Below are positions 1-9,988 of a stretch of 64,000 nt of DNA, in pieces. The stretch is from a virus (Duplodnaviria > Caudoviricetes). Numbering within the stretch: position 1 is the first letter of the stretch; every line of letters begins with the position of its first letter. The position numbers were made by a program, and so were the translations under genes. The DNA lies in the IMG/VR virus record IMGVR_UViG_3300021431_000087, positions 32,001 through 96,000 of that record; one strand, given 5' to 3'. Under the pieces are notes generated by a model. The model had not been told where the DNA came from, did no database searches, and saw nothing but the letters and a program-made list of their open reading frames with translations.

Positions 1-1
1 C

Positions 2-556
2 ATGAGGGTATTGAACAACACAAGCGTTCCCGTGCAGTTTGAGTCCGTCTATACATGTGTGGTCAAGAAAGCGGACATGAGAAAGATTGAGTCCGCACTC
101 CACAAGGCATTTGCCCCAGACAGGGTGAACCCCAAAAGGGAGTTCTTCCGCATGGATGCGGACAGGGTGATACCGATACTCTCCATGTTCCAGTTGGAGA
201 ACATCACGGATGAAATAAATATGGAACTCAACAAAGACCTTGACCCGCAGGAGCGTGTCGCCCTTGAGAAAGAAAAGGCAGAGTCACCAAAGAGAAGAGA
301 GCCGTTCAACTTTCTCGCTTTGGGAATAAAGGAAGGCGAGCATCTTTATTGGAGGGACGACCCCCATATCTTCGCCACTGTCGCGACGGAAAAGAAGGTG
401 GCGTACAATGGCGAACTGATGTCCCTTACTGCCGCCACAAGCAAAATAAAGGGGCTTTCCTACGGCGTTCAGCCCACTCCCTACTGGCTCTACAACGGTC
501 GACCGCTGATAGACATCTATATGGAGCGCTACTCGCCCATCGACTGTGAATCGTAA
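2..556 (+). CDS. T5orf172/GIY-YIG-like domain protein (probably 5'-truncated by the window)
   Basis: TSVPVQF...IESALHKAFAPDRVNPKREFF matches the T5orf172/MUG113 pattern; extra C-terminal domain. Confidence 0.7.
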   Translation: MRVLNNTSVPVQFESVYTCVVKKADMRKIESALHKAFAPDRVNPKREFFRMDADRVIPILSMFQLENITDEINMELNKDLDPQERVALEKEKAESPKRREPFNFLALGIKEGEHLYWRDDPHIFATVATEKKVAYNGELMSLTAATSKIKGLSYGVQPTPYWLYNGRPLIDIYMERYSPIDCES

Positions 557-793
557 AAAGGATGGGGAAAGAGAGTCGCTATGCCCTTACCATGCAGTGT
601 ATCGTTAAGTGATGCTTTAAGTTGCTGAAAAGCAACTCACCGTCCTCAAACAGCATAGTGCATTTACTTTTTCTTTCCGTATCGTTCAACCCCAAGGCAA
701 AGAGCCATGCATTAAGATAGCGGATGTCGTAGCGTGTCATGTCATACAGGCATAGTATGTTGACACCGTCTTTCCCCATTTCAAGCATCGTAC

Positions 794-1183
794 TCATAGG
801 CATGGCTCTCCTAACAGTTGCACAGCTTTTCTCATAAGGTAGCCCGTAAGCCATGCCCCGTCCTCACTGCCGTATGGAACGTCATAATAGTCACATATGG
901 CAATCATGGCATGATAGAGTACCTCGTGCGCCGTCGTATCCCACCACTGGTCGCCACCCGTAGCATTCCCTACGAACACAAGACTCATGCAGATGTCATC
1001 ACGGCTTACGCACATGCCACTATTCTTCTGGAAAAGCAGAACATCTATCGCCTCGTCAATCTTATCCCCTCGCATTCCGAAAGCTATCATAGCCTGACGC
1101 ATCTCATACTCGTCAAGCCTCCGTAGGTCGTGGCAGAGGATTATTCCCCAATAACCTTTTATGTCTATATAATCCGTCTTCAT
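794..1183 (-). CDS. hypothetical protein with HE-x(3)-H zincin-like motif
   Basis: AHEVLYHA...EDGAWLTGY; similar in style to 63429..63824. Confidence 0.45.
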   Translation of the reverse strand: MKTDYIDIKGYWGIILCHDLRRLDEYEMRQAMIAFGMRGDKIDEAIDVLLFQKNSGMCVSRDDICMSLVFVGNATGGDQWWDTTAHEVLYHAMIAICDYYDVPYGSEDGAWLTGYLMRKAVQLLGEPCL

Positions 1184-1188
1184 AGGCT

Positions 1189-1584
1189 TTAGCAGAATCT
1201 TTCCCAGTGTAAGGCAACGCCTGCGTTCCTCATCTTCGCCACGAAACAGTCAAGCACGTTCTCCTTGCATCCGTCGGGGTCGAGAAGGGTCTCTTCCACG
1301 AAGATGGCTCGCTGCTCATCGGTCTCACACGTCTTAGGATAGTCGGCTTTCGCCATGTTGAACAAATACCAGGCTGTGTAGATATGCTCTTCGGGAATGG
1401 ATACCTTATACTCCTTCAAGGTATCAAGCGTATCTTCAAGCGGTACGGAAAGAAGTTTCTTCTTCTCACCATTCTCGTCCTTTACCATCATATGCCTTAT
1501 TGCAAAATCTGCAAGCCTCTTGGAAAAAGCGCCTTGGTAAAGGTCTTCATATATTGCCCTGTCCTCTGATATATATTGTTTCAT
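1189..1584 (-). CDS. conserved phage hypothetical protein (Gly-rich protein cassette)
   Basis: Co-directional ORF with NMAKADY and LLDPDG motifs. Confidence 0.55.
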   Translation of the reverse strand: MKQYISEDRAIYEDLYQGAFSKRLADFAIRHMMVKDENGEKKKLLSVPLEDTLDTLKEYKVSIPEEHIYTAWYLFNMAKADYPKTCETDEQRAIFVEETLLDPDGCKENVLDCFVAKMRNAGVALHWERFC

Positions 1585-1653
1585 TTTCTTTTTTCTTTTT
1601 TGATATTCTATTTTAGGGGGTCGGAATATTCCACTACCCCGACCCCTTCATTA

Positions 1654-1869
1654 TTAGTAGCTGCGACGGCGGTAGTCCTCGGACTCCATTTCCTCCTCAC
1701 AGTCTTTCCAACCCTTCTCGTAGCCTTCCTTCCAGCTCTCCTCATCCTTGTAAGACGTGGTGCTTGTGCGGTAGCCGCCACGATAACGTCCGCTGTTTCG
1801 CATACGTGAGCGCATATATGAACGCATCTCACTCTTGCTGTCCTCGTTACTTTCCTTAATAATCAGCAT
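1654..1869 (-). CDS. small Arg/Tyr/Glu-rich hypothetical protein
   Basis: ORF in cassette; WKEGYEKGWKD. Confidence 0.5.
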   Translation of the reverse strand: MLIIKESNEDSKSEMRSYMRSRMRNSGRYRGGYRTSTTSYKDEESWKEGYEKGWKDCEEEMESEDYRRRSY

Positions 1870-1893
1870 AGTCTTTGATGTTTTTTGTGGTTT

Positions 1894-2421
1894 CTATTTC
1901 TTGGATGGGGTAAAAAGCTCATTCAGCTTGCTAATGATGGTATCGAGCTTGCTGTCCGTAGCCGCCTGACGTTCCTCGAGGGACTTTATAGTCCTATCAC
2001 GCTGTTTCTCCTCGGCATAGCGGGGGTTCAGCGTTTCCATGAACCTCTCTCCCTCGGCGAGAACCATCTTGTTATAACTATCCCTTTCAAGCTCTGCCTT
2101 TGATGTCTGCATCATGGCATCCACCGCCTGCATCATTGCCTGCGGACTTCCTGAATAGGTGACATCACCTCGCGCGGCTATCTCCACGTTACATGGGATA
2201 TCGGGAATGACACGGTCATTGCCTCCCACGGTGGCAACGATCCTTACCAACTGTGGCTGCGCCCCCATGCCGTTCAGTGCTGTCGGAACTGCCTGAAACT
2301 GATACTGCGGCTGCTGGAGAATCTTCTCCTTGACCGTTCCTACCTCGAGAGTAGGTTTCTGACCCTCTCGCTTAGTGAGTATATAGAATGGGCTACCCTG
2401 CCCAAGACTGTTGAAATCCAT
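1894..2421 (-). CDS. hypothetical protein with C-terminal coiled coil
   Basis: Start re-chosen at MDFNSLGQG (ATG at 2421). Confidence 0.55.
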   Translation of the reverse strand: MDFNSLGQGSPFYILTKREGQKPTLEVGTVKEKILQQPQYQFQAVPTALNGMGAQPQLVRIVATVGGNDRVIPDIPCNVEIAARGDVTYSGSPQAMMQAVDAMMQTSKAELERDSYNKMVLAEGERFMETLNPRYAEEKQRDRTIKSLEERQAATDSKLDTIISKLNELFTPSKK

Positions 2422-2560
2422 AGTTAAATACTTGTTTTTTAAATATTTTTTTGTAACTTTGCATCGGGAATAGTTCAGTTTGGCCACTGAATGACAAGAG
2501 GTAAGTCAACGCCTCTTTCCCGTTTTTCAATCGTTGACATTATTAAACATAAAGTTGACA

Positions 2561-3220
2561 ATGAAAAAAGAGGAATTTATCGAGTCTATAAGGCTCGAAG
2601 GAGAAGAGTGGAGAGATGTAGTTGGTTACGAAGATGACTACATGGTGTCGAATCTCGGTAGAATTGCAATGGTTAGAACCTTTTACGTCTATTCAAGGAA
2701 TGGTAGGAGCTTTACAAAACGATGTGTACCTCACATCTGTAGTACATCCATAGCACCAAGCACACCATATCGAAGAATGACGTTTGTAAAAAACGGGGAA
2801 AAGGAAACACAACTATTACATAGAATAATTGCGATGGCCTTCCTTCCTAATCCAGACGGTTTGCCATGTGTCGACCATATAGATGATAATCCTTCAAATT
2901 CAATAGCCTCGAATTTACAATGGTGTACATATAAAACCAACAATTCCAAAGAGCATCATCGCACAGCTACATCAGAATCAAAAAAGGGTGTTCCAGCTTA
3001 CAATAGAACTGCTATAGTCAAACTCTCTAAAGACATGGATTTAGTTAAAATCTATTCTTCGATGACACAAGCAGAACTTGAAGGCTTTTCTCATTCCGCT
3101 ATCCATAGAGTTGCTCATAACAAGCTAAAAACGCATGGCGGATTCAAATGGATGTATCTTTCCGATTACGAAAAACTCTTGTCAAATCAGTTGTCAAAGA
3201 ACGCTTCACCTAATGATTAG
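2561..3220 (+). CDS. NUMOD4-HNH homing endonuclease with C-terminal DNA-binding domain
   Basis: EEWRDVVGYE..YMVSNLGR (NUMOD4); HRIIAMAF..VDHIDDNPSNS..NLQW (HNH); own TAACTTTG promoter at 2454-2461. Confidence 0.9.
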   Translation: MKKEEFIESIRLEGEEWRDVVGYEDDYMVSNLGRIAMVRTFYVYSRNGRSFTKRCVPHICSTSIAPSTPYRRMTFVKNGEKETQLLHRIIAMAFLPNPDGLPCVDHIDDNPSNSIASNLQWCTYKTNNSKEHHRTATSESKKGVPAYNRTAIVKLSKDMDLVKIYSSMTQAELEGFSHSAIHRVAHNKLKTHGGFKWMYLSDYEKLLSNQLSKNASPND

Positions 3221-3295
3221 GTTCTGTAGTAAGGTCTTAAAGTTTTTTACCACCTTTTTGACCCATCTACTTTTGAGGTTATTACTTGCTTTTTC

Positions 3296-3634
3296 TCATA
3301 CCGTCGTACGTGACATTAGTTGAAGTATGCCATCGAAACGATTGTTGAAAACAAGGAATACTCCTGTTCCACCAGTCAAATCTGCAACCGTTGCTGGTGT
3401 TCCGTTAAACAGGGTCAGAGCCCTTGTCGTACCATTCAAGGTAAGAGTTATGGGCAGTGTACCCGTTGTTCCTGTAGGTATTGCGTCCGACAAACGGACG
3501 GTGAAATAGCCTACAGGCTGTATGCGACGAAACCCTAAAGCAATGTCAACAGAATCGGTCCCGACCGTAACATTTGTTGACGGTAAATAGGCAATTCCTC
3601 CTGCATTTGTAGTTATGTTGTTAAAACATGCCAT
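3296..3634 (-). CDS. beta-rich hypothetical protein
   Basis: Thr/Gly-rich ORF with GGAGG RBS, directly downstream of the Gly-rich gene. Confidence 0.55.
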   Translation of the reverse strand: MACFNNITTNAGGIAYLPSTNVTVGTDSVDIALGFRRIQPVGYFTVRLSDAIPTGTTGTLPITLTLNGTTRALTLFNGTPATVADLTGGTGVFLVFNNRFDGILQLMSRTTV

Positions 3635-3655
3635 ACATTACCTCCTTTTGCCTAT

Positions 3656-4648
3656 TTAGAAAACAATGTTATTACCACCAAAGCCGTTCCAATTGCCATA
3701 GAAGCCTCCCACAAACGGAGTGGTGTTGACCACCGAAACCTGCGGGTACTCTACGTTAATGGTATTAGGAAGTTTGCACTTGATGTCATCCACTTCCTTT
3801 GCAAGACCTGCGAGCTGTGCGTTCAGTGGAGCGACAGCCTGCTGAACGACACCAGCGGTGAAGTTCTGCGATTTCAGTTGGGCGTTTTCTGCCGTGAGGG
3901 CGGTGATTTCCCTATCCTTACGGTTCGATTCAAGAGCGTCTATCTTGTTGTCGAGGGCGAGGAAGTTCCGGTTCATAGTATCGGTAAGTCCGTATGTTTG
4001 CTGACACATAGCCAACTGGTCGGAAGCCGCCTTTGATGCGATGGACTGCTGTACGCCTGCGAAGCCCTGCTGTGCTGCGACAGCGTTTGCGTTCAAGCCC
4101 TGCTGAAGCGCATTAGTCTGTTGGCACATAGCCAACTGATTCTGGCAGCAGCACTGCTGGAACTGAGCGCCAAGGCTTGCGTTTCCATTCTGGATGGCGT
4201 TAATGACCTGCAGGGCATTCATACCCTGATTTGCACTGATGGTATTCAAAGCATTCTGAATACCCTGAATCGAGGCGTTTACTAAATTGAAATCCTGCCC
4301 GAGCATGGTACTCAGCGTCTGTGTTGCCGTGCGGGAAGCCTCGCCTTGGTTGGTGATAGCCTGCATGATAAGTTCTCTACCCGTGTCATTGCTGATTTGA
4401 TTGGAGAGGAAACCTGCAGCACCGTTAACGCCACCATTACCGCCAAATCCGAACCCTCCGCCGTTGTTCCATCCGAAGATAGAAGCCACGATGGCGAGCG
4501 TGATAAGGCCTCCGATGTCATTGCCGAAACCATTACCTCCGAAGATGCCTCCGCCACCGAAGCCACCCACGGGGATAGAGAACGGAATGTTTCCGAATCC
4601 TGCATTTCCAGAATTGCTTTCCGGAATTTGATAAATTTCTGAAGCCAT
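3656..4648 (-). CDS. Gly/Asn-rich protein with TM segment, CCC motif and coiled coil
   Basis: GGFGGGGIFGG, hydrophobic LITLAIVASIFGW, QQCCCQNQ; promoter box at 4706-4713. Confidence 0.65.
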   Translation of the reverse strand: MASEIYQIPESNSGNAGFGNIPFSIPVGGFGGGGIFGGNGFGNDIGGLITLAIVASIFGWNNGGGFGFGGNGGVNGAAGFLSNQISNDTGRELIMQAITNQGEASRTATQTLSTMLGQDFNLVNASIQGIQNALNTISANQGMNALQVINAIQNGNASLGAQFQQCCCQNQLAMCQQTNALQQGLNANAVAAQQGFAGVQQSIASKAASDQLAMCQQTYGLTDTMNRNFLALDNKIDALESNRKDREITALTAENAQLKSQNFTAGVVQQAVAPLNAQLAGLAKEVDDIKCKLPNTINVEYPQVSVVNTTPFVGGFYGNWNGFGGNNIVF

Positions 4649-4750
4649 AGTTTAGTTTTTGTGATGTTAATACATTAGTTCCTTGTCTTTGCGCATCGAC
4701 AAGGACAAAGATAGGCAGGAAATATATCAAAAAAAAGGATTTTCTTGTTT

Positions 4751-4993
4751 TCAGACTGCACAGACATTGCAGTCCTTAGAGAACTTTTTTAGAAGGTAAT
4801 AGACCTTCCGCTCGCTTATTCCGTACTTCTCCGACAAGACAGATACGGCATAGGTTATCTTTCCGCCGTGACCTATGATGCCCATAAAATCATCATAGAG
4901 ACAGATATACCTCACATCACCCACACTGATGCAATTTTCATGCAGTATGTTTAACACTAACTGGTCAATTTTTAACAATTCTATAACTTTCAT
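4751..4993 (-). CDS. small HTH DNA-binding protein
   Basis: LSEKYGISERKVYYLLKKF helix-turn-helix. Confidence 0.6.
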   Translation of the reverse strand: MKVIELLKIDQLVLNILHENCISVGDVRYICLYDDFMGIIGHGGKITYAVSVLSEKYGISERKVYYLLKKFSKDCNVCAV

Positions 4994-5127
4994 AAGACGT
5001 GTTTTAAGGTTTTATTTAACTTTGCATTGACCTCAAAACAACTATGAAAGAGAGGTGTGAACCCCGTCATTGCAGCCTTGCGCTCTAATAAATCGGTGGT
5101 GCCTTTTATTAAAGACGGGGTTCCCTT

Positions 5128-5838
5128 TTATTCCCAATCATGAGACCTTATCGCCTCCATTATCGCCTGTCTGTTATCACCGTCCACCTTCTTCCTGTCC
5201 CTTGATATGTGAATCTTCTTCCTCTCCTCATCCGTCACATACAAGGAGTTGACACGGTCTGCGAGAAGAAGCCTTAGCGATGTGTAGTCTATTTCCCATA
5301 CGACCTGTCTCTTCGTCATCTTGTACCGTTCCATAGCAACGTCAAGCAGCGAACCGAAGACAGAGACTCCGCCGAAGGTGTAGCTGTTCTTGTCCGAGGC
5401 GGATTTCACCTTAGCCACCTTCTGCATATCTTTCTGCTCGATGTCAATACCGAGGTGAGTGATAAAGCGTTCCGTCCTGTCCGATGACAACGCCTTCATG
5501 ACGAGCATCGCTATCTCACTGTCTTCCTGTTCCATGAACACTGTTTTTCTCCTGTCAAAAGCGTCATAGTCGAAGACGGAGTAATAGTCGTTCCTTGCCG
5601 TAAGGTAGGCGAGAAGGTCGCAGCAGGCAGGCTTGTTCTTCTCCACGACACGCAGCATTTCAAGCATGGCGTTCTTCTCGAGGTTCTTCTTTTCCAATCC
5701 CAACGACTCGGATATCCTCTGCATGAGATGAATCTTTCCGAGTGTCAAGGGATAGAGGTAGAACGTCTCGCCATCGATTCTGAACACATGGGGACGTTCA
5801 AGAATGGCATCCTGTATTTCGTAGTCCAACTCTTCCAT
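5128..5838 (-). CDS. putative tail assembly chaperone
   Basis: Position after tail tube gene; FYLYPLTLGK and VVWEIDYTSLRLLLAD motifs. Confidence 0.55.
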   Translation of the reverse strand: MEELDYEIQDAILERPHVFRIDGETFYLYPLTLGKIHLMQRISESLGLEKKNLEKNAMLEMLRVVEKNKPACCDLLAYLTARNDYYSVFDYDAFDRRKTVFMEQEDSEIAMLVMKALSSDRTERFITHLGIDIEQKDMQKVAKVKSASDKNSYTFGGVSVFGSLLDVAMERYKMTKRQVVWEIDYTSLRLLLADRVNSLYVTDEERKKIHISRDRKKVDGDNRQAIMEAIRSHDWE

Positions 5839-5842
5839 GCCT

Positions 5843-6529
5843 TCATTTCCACAATTCCTTGTGCTCCATTATCCAGTCGAAAAGGTCTATGTTGAGGAAC
5901 TCATGGCTGCCATGGCTGAAATGCTCAATGTATTCATCCACCTTGAACTCCTTATAAGGAAGTCCTTTGTCGAGTGTGTCTCTCATAAACCACGCCCCCG
6001 TGTCATAAAGGTTGTTGGGTTTCTTCGTCGAGAGATTCCACATCCATTCACCGTTAAAGTAACGTACTCCGTGCCTTTTGCACATTGGCACGTTGATATA
6101 GCAGAGGAACGGCAGGAGGCGAGTGACGTAAGCACCTTTCGGGCCGTCATCCTTCATCTCTCCGGACCACACGCAACTCTCGTCCCATATCCACGTGAAA
6201 TCCTTCTTTATCAAGATGTCGGAATCCATAAGGATAAAGCCGTCAGTCAGTATGTCGAAACAGGCATCGACGCTTTTTGTGTGCATGGCGCTCCCAAAGG
6301 AGGAAAAAAGACCTGCCTTACGTTCGGGGTACTGTCTCAGCAGAGCATCGAAATCAAACACCTGCCCCCTTGTATTGTCTATTACCTCCACACCTTCAAT
6401 TTTTTTTGTAAACGGCTCCTCATCGGAATTGTCAAAGACATAAAAGGGACAGTCCGTATATTTCCTCACGCTGCGGACAAGTACATCGACAAGAATAGGG
6501 GTGTTGTAATGGACGGTTAGTATATTCAT
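5843..6529 (-). CDS. GT-A fold glycosyltransferase-like protein
   Basis: ILTVHYNTP, VFDNSD, DxD motif LMDSDIL, late DTG and H motifs. Confidence 0.65.
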   Translation of the reverse strand: MNILTVHYNTPILVDVLVRSVRKYTDCPFYVFDNSDEEPFTKKIEGVEVIDNTRGQVFDFDALLRQYPERKAGLFSSFGSAMHTKSVDACFDILTDGFILMDSDILIKKDFTWIWDESCVWSGEMKDDGPKGAYVTRLLPFLCYINVPMCKRHGVRYFNGEWMWNLSTKKPNNLYDTGAWFMRDTLDKGLPYKEFKVDEYIEHFSHGSHEFLNIDLFDWIMEHKELWK

Positions 6530-6569
6530 ATAATTAATTTTCTAAGATTATTATTCTTACTTCAAAGGA

Positions 6570-6600
6570 AAGAGCCCCCTTCTGTCGGAGAGGGCTCTTG
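6570..6600. terminator. intrinsic terminator hairpin after tail tube gene
   Basis: AAGAGCCC(C)CT...AG(A)GGGCTCTT imperfect inverted repeat, T-rich on the minus strand. Confidence 0.6.
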
Positions 6601-6617
6601 TAGGATATGGCGTTGCT

Positions 6618-7079
6618 TTAAACGCTTGCATTGACAGATGCGGAACCAGTCCACAGTATCTGCTTTCCTGTCTCTGGTTTCAGCGACTCGAACTGATAGG
6701 TACGGATGATACCATTGTCGGAAGAGTAGCTGTCCTCATAGGAACACACAGACTTTGGAATCTTGAAACCAGGTGCCCCTGAAGAGAAATCCTCTGGCTC
6801 GAGCTCCACCTCCCATTCGCCAGAGACGACACCGTCTACTCCGTCAATCTCCCATTTGTTATGGCTGTCACCCAAACGGACTTGGAACTCTAATGTATAC
6901 TTGCCGCGCTTGTACTTCACGGCCTCTGCCTCGCCACCCTCGATGGTAGCCTCCATCTTCTCGCCCTTTTCCGTGGAGAGCTGCGTTGAGTCCTCTACGG
7001 GAGTATGGAAAGTGATGACTTGGCTTCCTGTAGCAAGATTCTTCACTTTAATGGTTGGAATACCCCAAGATATAATCAT
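6618..7079 (-). CDS. major tail (tube) protein
   Basis: ISWG..TPVEDSTQLSTEKGEK.EATIEGGE; synteny. Confidence 0.7.
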   Translation of the reverse strand: MIISWGIPTIKVKNLATGSQVITFHTPVEDSTQLSTEKGEKMEATIEGGEAEAVKYKRGKYTLEFQVRLGDSHNKWEIDGVDGVVSGEWEVELEPEDFSSGAPGFKIPKSVCSYEDSYSSDNGIIRTYQFESLKPETGKQILWTGSASVNASV

Positions 7080-7092
7080 AGTCGTTTTTTCT

Positions 7093-7506
7093 TTAATAGT
7101 TGTTTTCTATAACTTTAAATTTCATCTTCAATGATACGAAGTGTTCATGAGTACTCTCCTCCCTTAACGTAACTGGCAATCCTTCACGCTGAAAGTAGAC
7201 GTATCCGTCCCTCAAATACTGCGGTAAGTCTTTCAGCCACGCCTCGAGCTCGTCCGTGCGGCGTTTGTTCCGCAGATAGAGCCCGCTTGCGGTCAGAGTG
7301 TCAGGGACGTAGATGTTAACCACACACGTTCCCTTGACATGTTCATTCCCAGCGCCCGTCAGAACCATTACCTCGCAATCCTCGAGGAAAGCGTCGTTGT
7401 CGTTCTGCCGCGGACGCATATCCTTAAAGTACACGCCGCCAGATATCGGAGGCTGAGCCTCCATGACACGTGTCCTCATAAGGACTTCCAACTCTCCGTT
7501 CGTCAT
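7093..7506 (-). CDS. putative tail terminator
   Basis: GGVYFKDMRP..EDC..VNIYVPD; synteny. Confidence 0.55.
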   Translation of the reverse strand: MTNGELEVLMRTRVMEAQPPISGGVYFKDMRPRQNDNDAFLEDCEVMVLTGAGNEHVKGTCVVNIYVPDTLTASGLYLRNKRRTDELEAWLKDLPQYLRDGYVYFQREGLPVTLREESTHEHFVSLKMKFKVIENNY

Positions 7507-7919
7507 TGAATCTTCTGCTTTTCAAGATAATCTTTGATATCCTTTCCTATATCAAGCGTCCCACCGTCAAGAACGACATACCCCTTACGTTCGACATAGA
7601 GCGCATATTCCATGCCTGCCACTATAATCAGTCCGTACGGTACTCCGCTGACGAGCGAGTGCAGATACGTTCTGCCTTTCTCTCCGCCTTCCCCGTTTCC
7701 GAAGCCTCCCTCTTCAATCAACTGACCATTCCATACTACTCCATACCCGATGGATGATGTCAGCTTAAACGTCACGTCCTTGTATGTCTTGGTCTGTTTG
7801 ATTTTTTCTACGGCAAGTGCCCCCGCCCTCTTGAATGCGGATATCATTAACTTCTCCGCCTCCATTTTCACGTTGGCTACAACCTTGTCGATGTCTGTCA
7901 AGCACCTTATCATACCCAC
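7503..7919 (-). CDS. HK97 gp10-like neck/tail completion protein
   Basis: YKDVTFKLTSSIGY..VAGMEYALYVE. Confidence 0.7.
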   Translation of the reverse strand: MGMIRCLTDIDKVVANVKMEAEKLMISAFKRAGALAVEKIKQTKTYKDVTFKLTSSIGYGVVWNGQLIEEGGFGNGEGGEKGRTYLHSLVSGVPYGLIIVAGMEYALYVERKGYVVLDGGTLDIGKDIKDYLEKQKIQ

Positions 7920-8242
7920 AGCTCAATGGTCTGAGTTATCGTGTAGTATTCAATTCGTTGCACTTGAAACATTCCAAGGTCACCCTTTATATCATGCACA
8001 AGATGAACCGTGTGCGGGCTGAAACCCTCCCCTGCGTCCTCCATATTACATGTCACGGTATAGGTTGCCAGCTTTACTGCCCCTCCGTCATAGGTGGCGT
8101 TCCTTTTCTCCGATGCCGTCGTTATGGTGCATCGGCACTCCATGGAACTGCTTGTGTCTGCGGCTACTGGCATTCCGTACTCGTCAAGGTCTGCCGTAAC
8201 ACTGCCGAACCACCTAAGTATGCCGTTGGGGAATATCTGCAT
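7910..8242 (-). CDS. putative head closure protein
   Basis: DEYGMP motif; size and synteny. Confidence 0.5.
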   Translation of the reverse strand: MQIFPNGILRWFGSVTADLDEYGMPVAADTSSSMECRCTITTASEKRNATYDGGAVKLATYTVTCNMEDAGEGFSPHTVHLVHDIKGDLGMFQVQRIEYYTITQTIELWV

Positions 8243-8245
8243 GGC

Positions 8246-8560
8246 TTAACTCATTATATACACCGTCGGATTTGCCGTATCTCCGATGAGCGTCTCACCA
8301 TACTTCTTGTAGATAGCGTTAGCCGTCTCACGTATCCCAGCCATGTTCTGTGCCGTTATCGAGCCACCTTGCGAGAGGTTGACCATGGTGATAACGAATC
8401 GCAGCGTATCGGCATAGGCAAGCTGAAACGCCTGCTCCGATGCAACGGATGCGTCAAAAGCGTCGGCGGGGTTTAACCCCCTACCGACAATCTTTTCCAT
8501 TGCTTGTACGTCTGTCATGGGGTAGTTGACGCGAGCCTTTATTGCTTCAAGTATAGTCAT
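8246..8560 (-). CDS. putative head-tail adaptor
   Basis: MTILEAIKA..NLSQGGS..ANAIYKKYGE; follows capsid gene. Confidence 0.55.
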   Translation of the reverse strand: MTILEAIKARVNYPMTDVQAMEKIVGRGLNPADAFDASVASEQAFQLAYADTLRFVITMVNLSQGGSITAQNMAGIRETANAIYKKYGETLIGDTANPTVYIMS

Positions 8561-8626
8561 TTAGCTCCTTTATTTATTCGTGGTTAGGAATCGCTTCATG
8601 TCGTCCTTGATGATGTCTCGCTTGAA

Positions 8627-9937
8627 TTAACCGTTAGTCACGGGTGTCAAGGCAGCCTGCAGCTTCTCTACCTGCTCAACGCTGAGCTTGTTCACGGCCT
8701 TAATGATGTTGACGTCGGTAGTACCTTCCTTCAAGGTTCTCGGAGTCTTCTCACCTTCGAGTGCGTTGTAGGCGGTAATGAAAGCAGCCTTGTTGTACTT
8801 GTTTCCCCAGACGGTTACGAAGGTATCATTGGTGTCTGCTGCCTCCGCAGTTTGGTCAACCTCCTGCCCCTGACTGATGTCAAGCACGTAAATCTGGTCG
8901 ATATTCTCGATGATAGGAGCAACAATGGCCTGACCCGTGGTTGTCTCACGCAGAGGATTGGTTTCACGGAAGCGTGCAATAAGCTTGTAGTTGTCAACAA
9001 GCTGATAAAGCACGTTCTCAACGGGATTTGTGGTCTCTGCAAGACGACCGTAGACAAGCGTGCCAACAATATCGTCCTCTACGAAGATAATACGGTTGTC
9101 GTTCCAAGGCTTCACGTTCTTGCGAATGCCATTCTCCTCGATGATGACAGAACGGTTAACCTTAACGAAGCTTACACCATTTGTCTCGTCGGAGAACGCT
9201 TCATCAAACAGCGTAGGAGTCGGAACAGGCAATGTGATACCATTGCCGACAATACGACGCTCGTAATTTGCGGCCAACTCTCGAGCAGCTTCGGAATGAC
9301 GCAACTCATCGTACGTTTGCTTAGAAATCCAAATGTAACGGATGGTTGTACCATTTTCCTCTGCTTTCTCGATTACGTTCAAGATATCCTCAAGTTCGGG
9401 AGATCCTGGATTCGAAGATGAGAATGTATTCTTGTCGAGGTAGTTAAAGTTGATACGCATGAGCGCGTTGGGATTGTCATCATCCTTAATGGCTACGTAA
9501 CCGTTTGAGAATCCAGACAGGAAGTTGTACTCATTACGCTCGTCGAGACCCTGTGCGCATGCCACGGGGTCATTGGCAAGCTTACGGGAGATGAGCTGCG
9601 CATTGCCGCCCTGTGCCTCCATTGTGTTCAGAGTATTGATGTCAGACTCGCGAAGAACGCGGCTGATACCAATCTTCGGAAGCTTGCCGTTGGCGGTCTG
9701 GATAGTGTCGCGCTGCTTGATAGGAAGTGCGCTGTCCATTGAAACAAAGTCAGCAGCCACGTAGGTGGTGTCACTGATTGTGCTTTCCCACTTGTTGTCG
9801 GGGCTGTACTCTTCATTCAAATGCTGCTTGTGCAGATATGTAAGAGAGTTTCCACGCTTTTTGTTTACCGTCTCAATGAGACGCTGGAGTCTCGGAAAGA
9901 AACGCTCCAAATACTTATAAAAAAGTGACTGTAACAT
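8627..9937 (-). CDS. major capsid protein
   Basis: AADFVSMDSALPIKQR..GKLPKIGISR; 436 aa; follows scaffold and decoration genes. Confidence 0.8.
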   Translation of the reverse strand: MLQSLFYKYLERFFPRLQRLIETVNKKRGNSLTYLHKQHLNEEYSPDNKWESTISDTTYVAADFVSMDSALPIKQRDTIQTANGKLPKIGISRVLRESDINTLNTMEAQGGNAQLISRKLANDPVACAQGLDERNEYNFLSGFSNGYVAIKDDDNPNALMRINFNYLDKNTFSSSNPGSPELEDILNVIEKAEENGTTIRYIWISKQTYDELRHSEAARELAANYERRIVGNGITLPVPTPTLFDEAFSDETNGVSFVKVNRSVIIEENGIRKNVKPWNDNRIIFVEDDIVGTLVYGRLAETTNPVENVLYQLVDNYKLIARFRETNPLRETTTGQAIVAPIIENIDQIYVLDISQGQEVDQTAEAADTNDTFVTVWGNKYNKAAFITAYNALEGEKTPRTLKEGTTDVNIIKAVNKLSVEQVEKLQAALTPVTNG

Positions 9938-9988
9938 TTTCTATTTTTCTTGTTATCCGTTAAACAATCTTTTTACCTTTTTTCGGGC

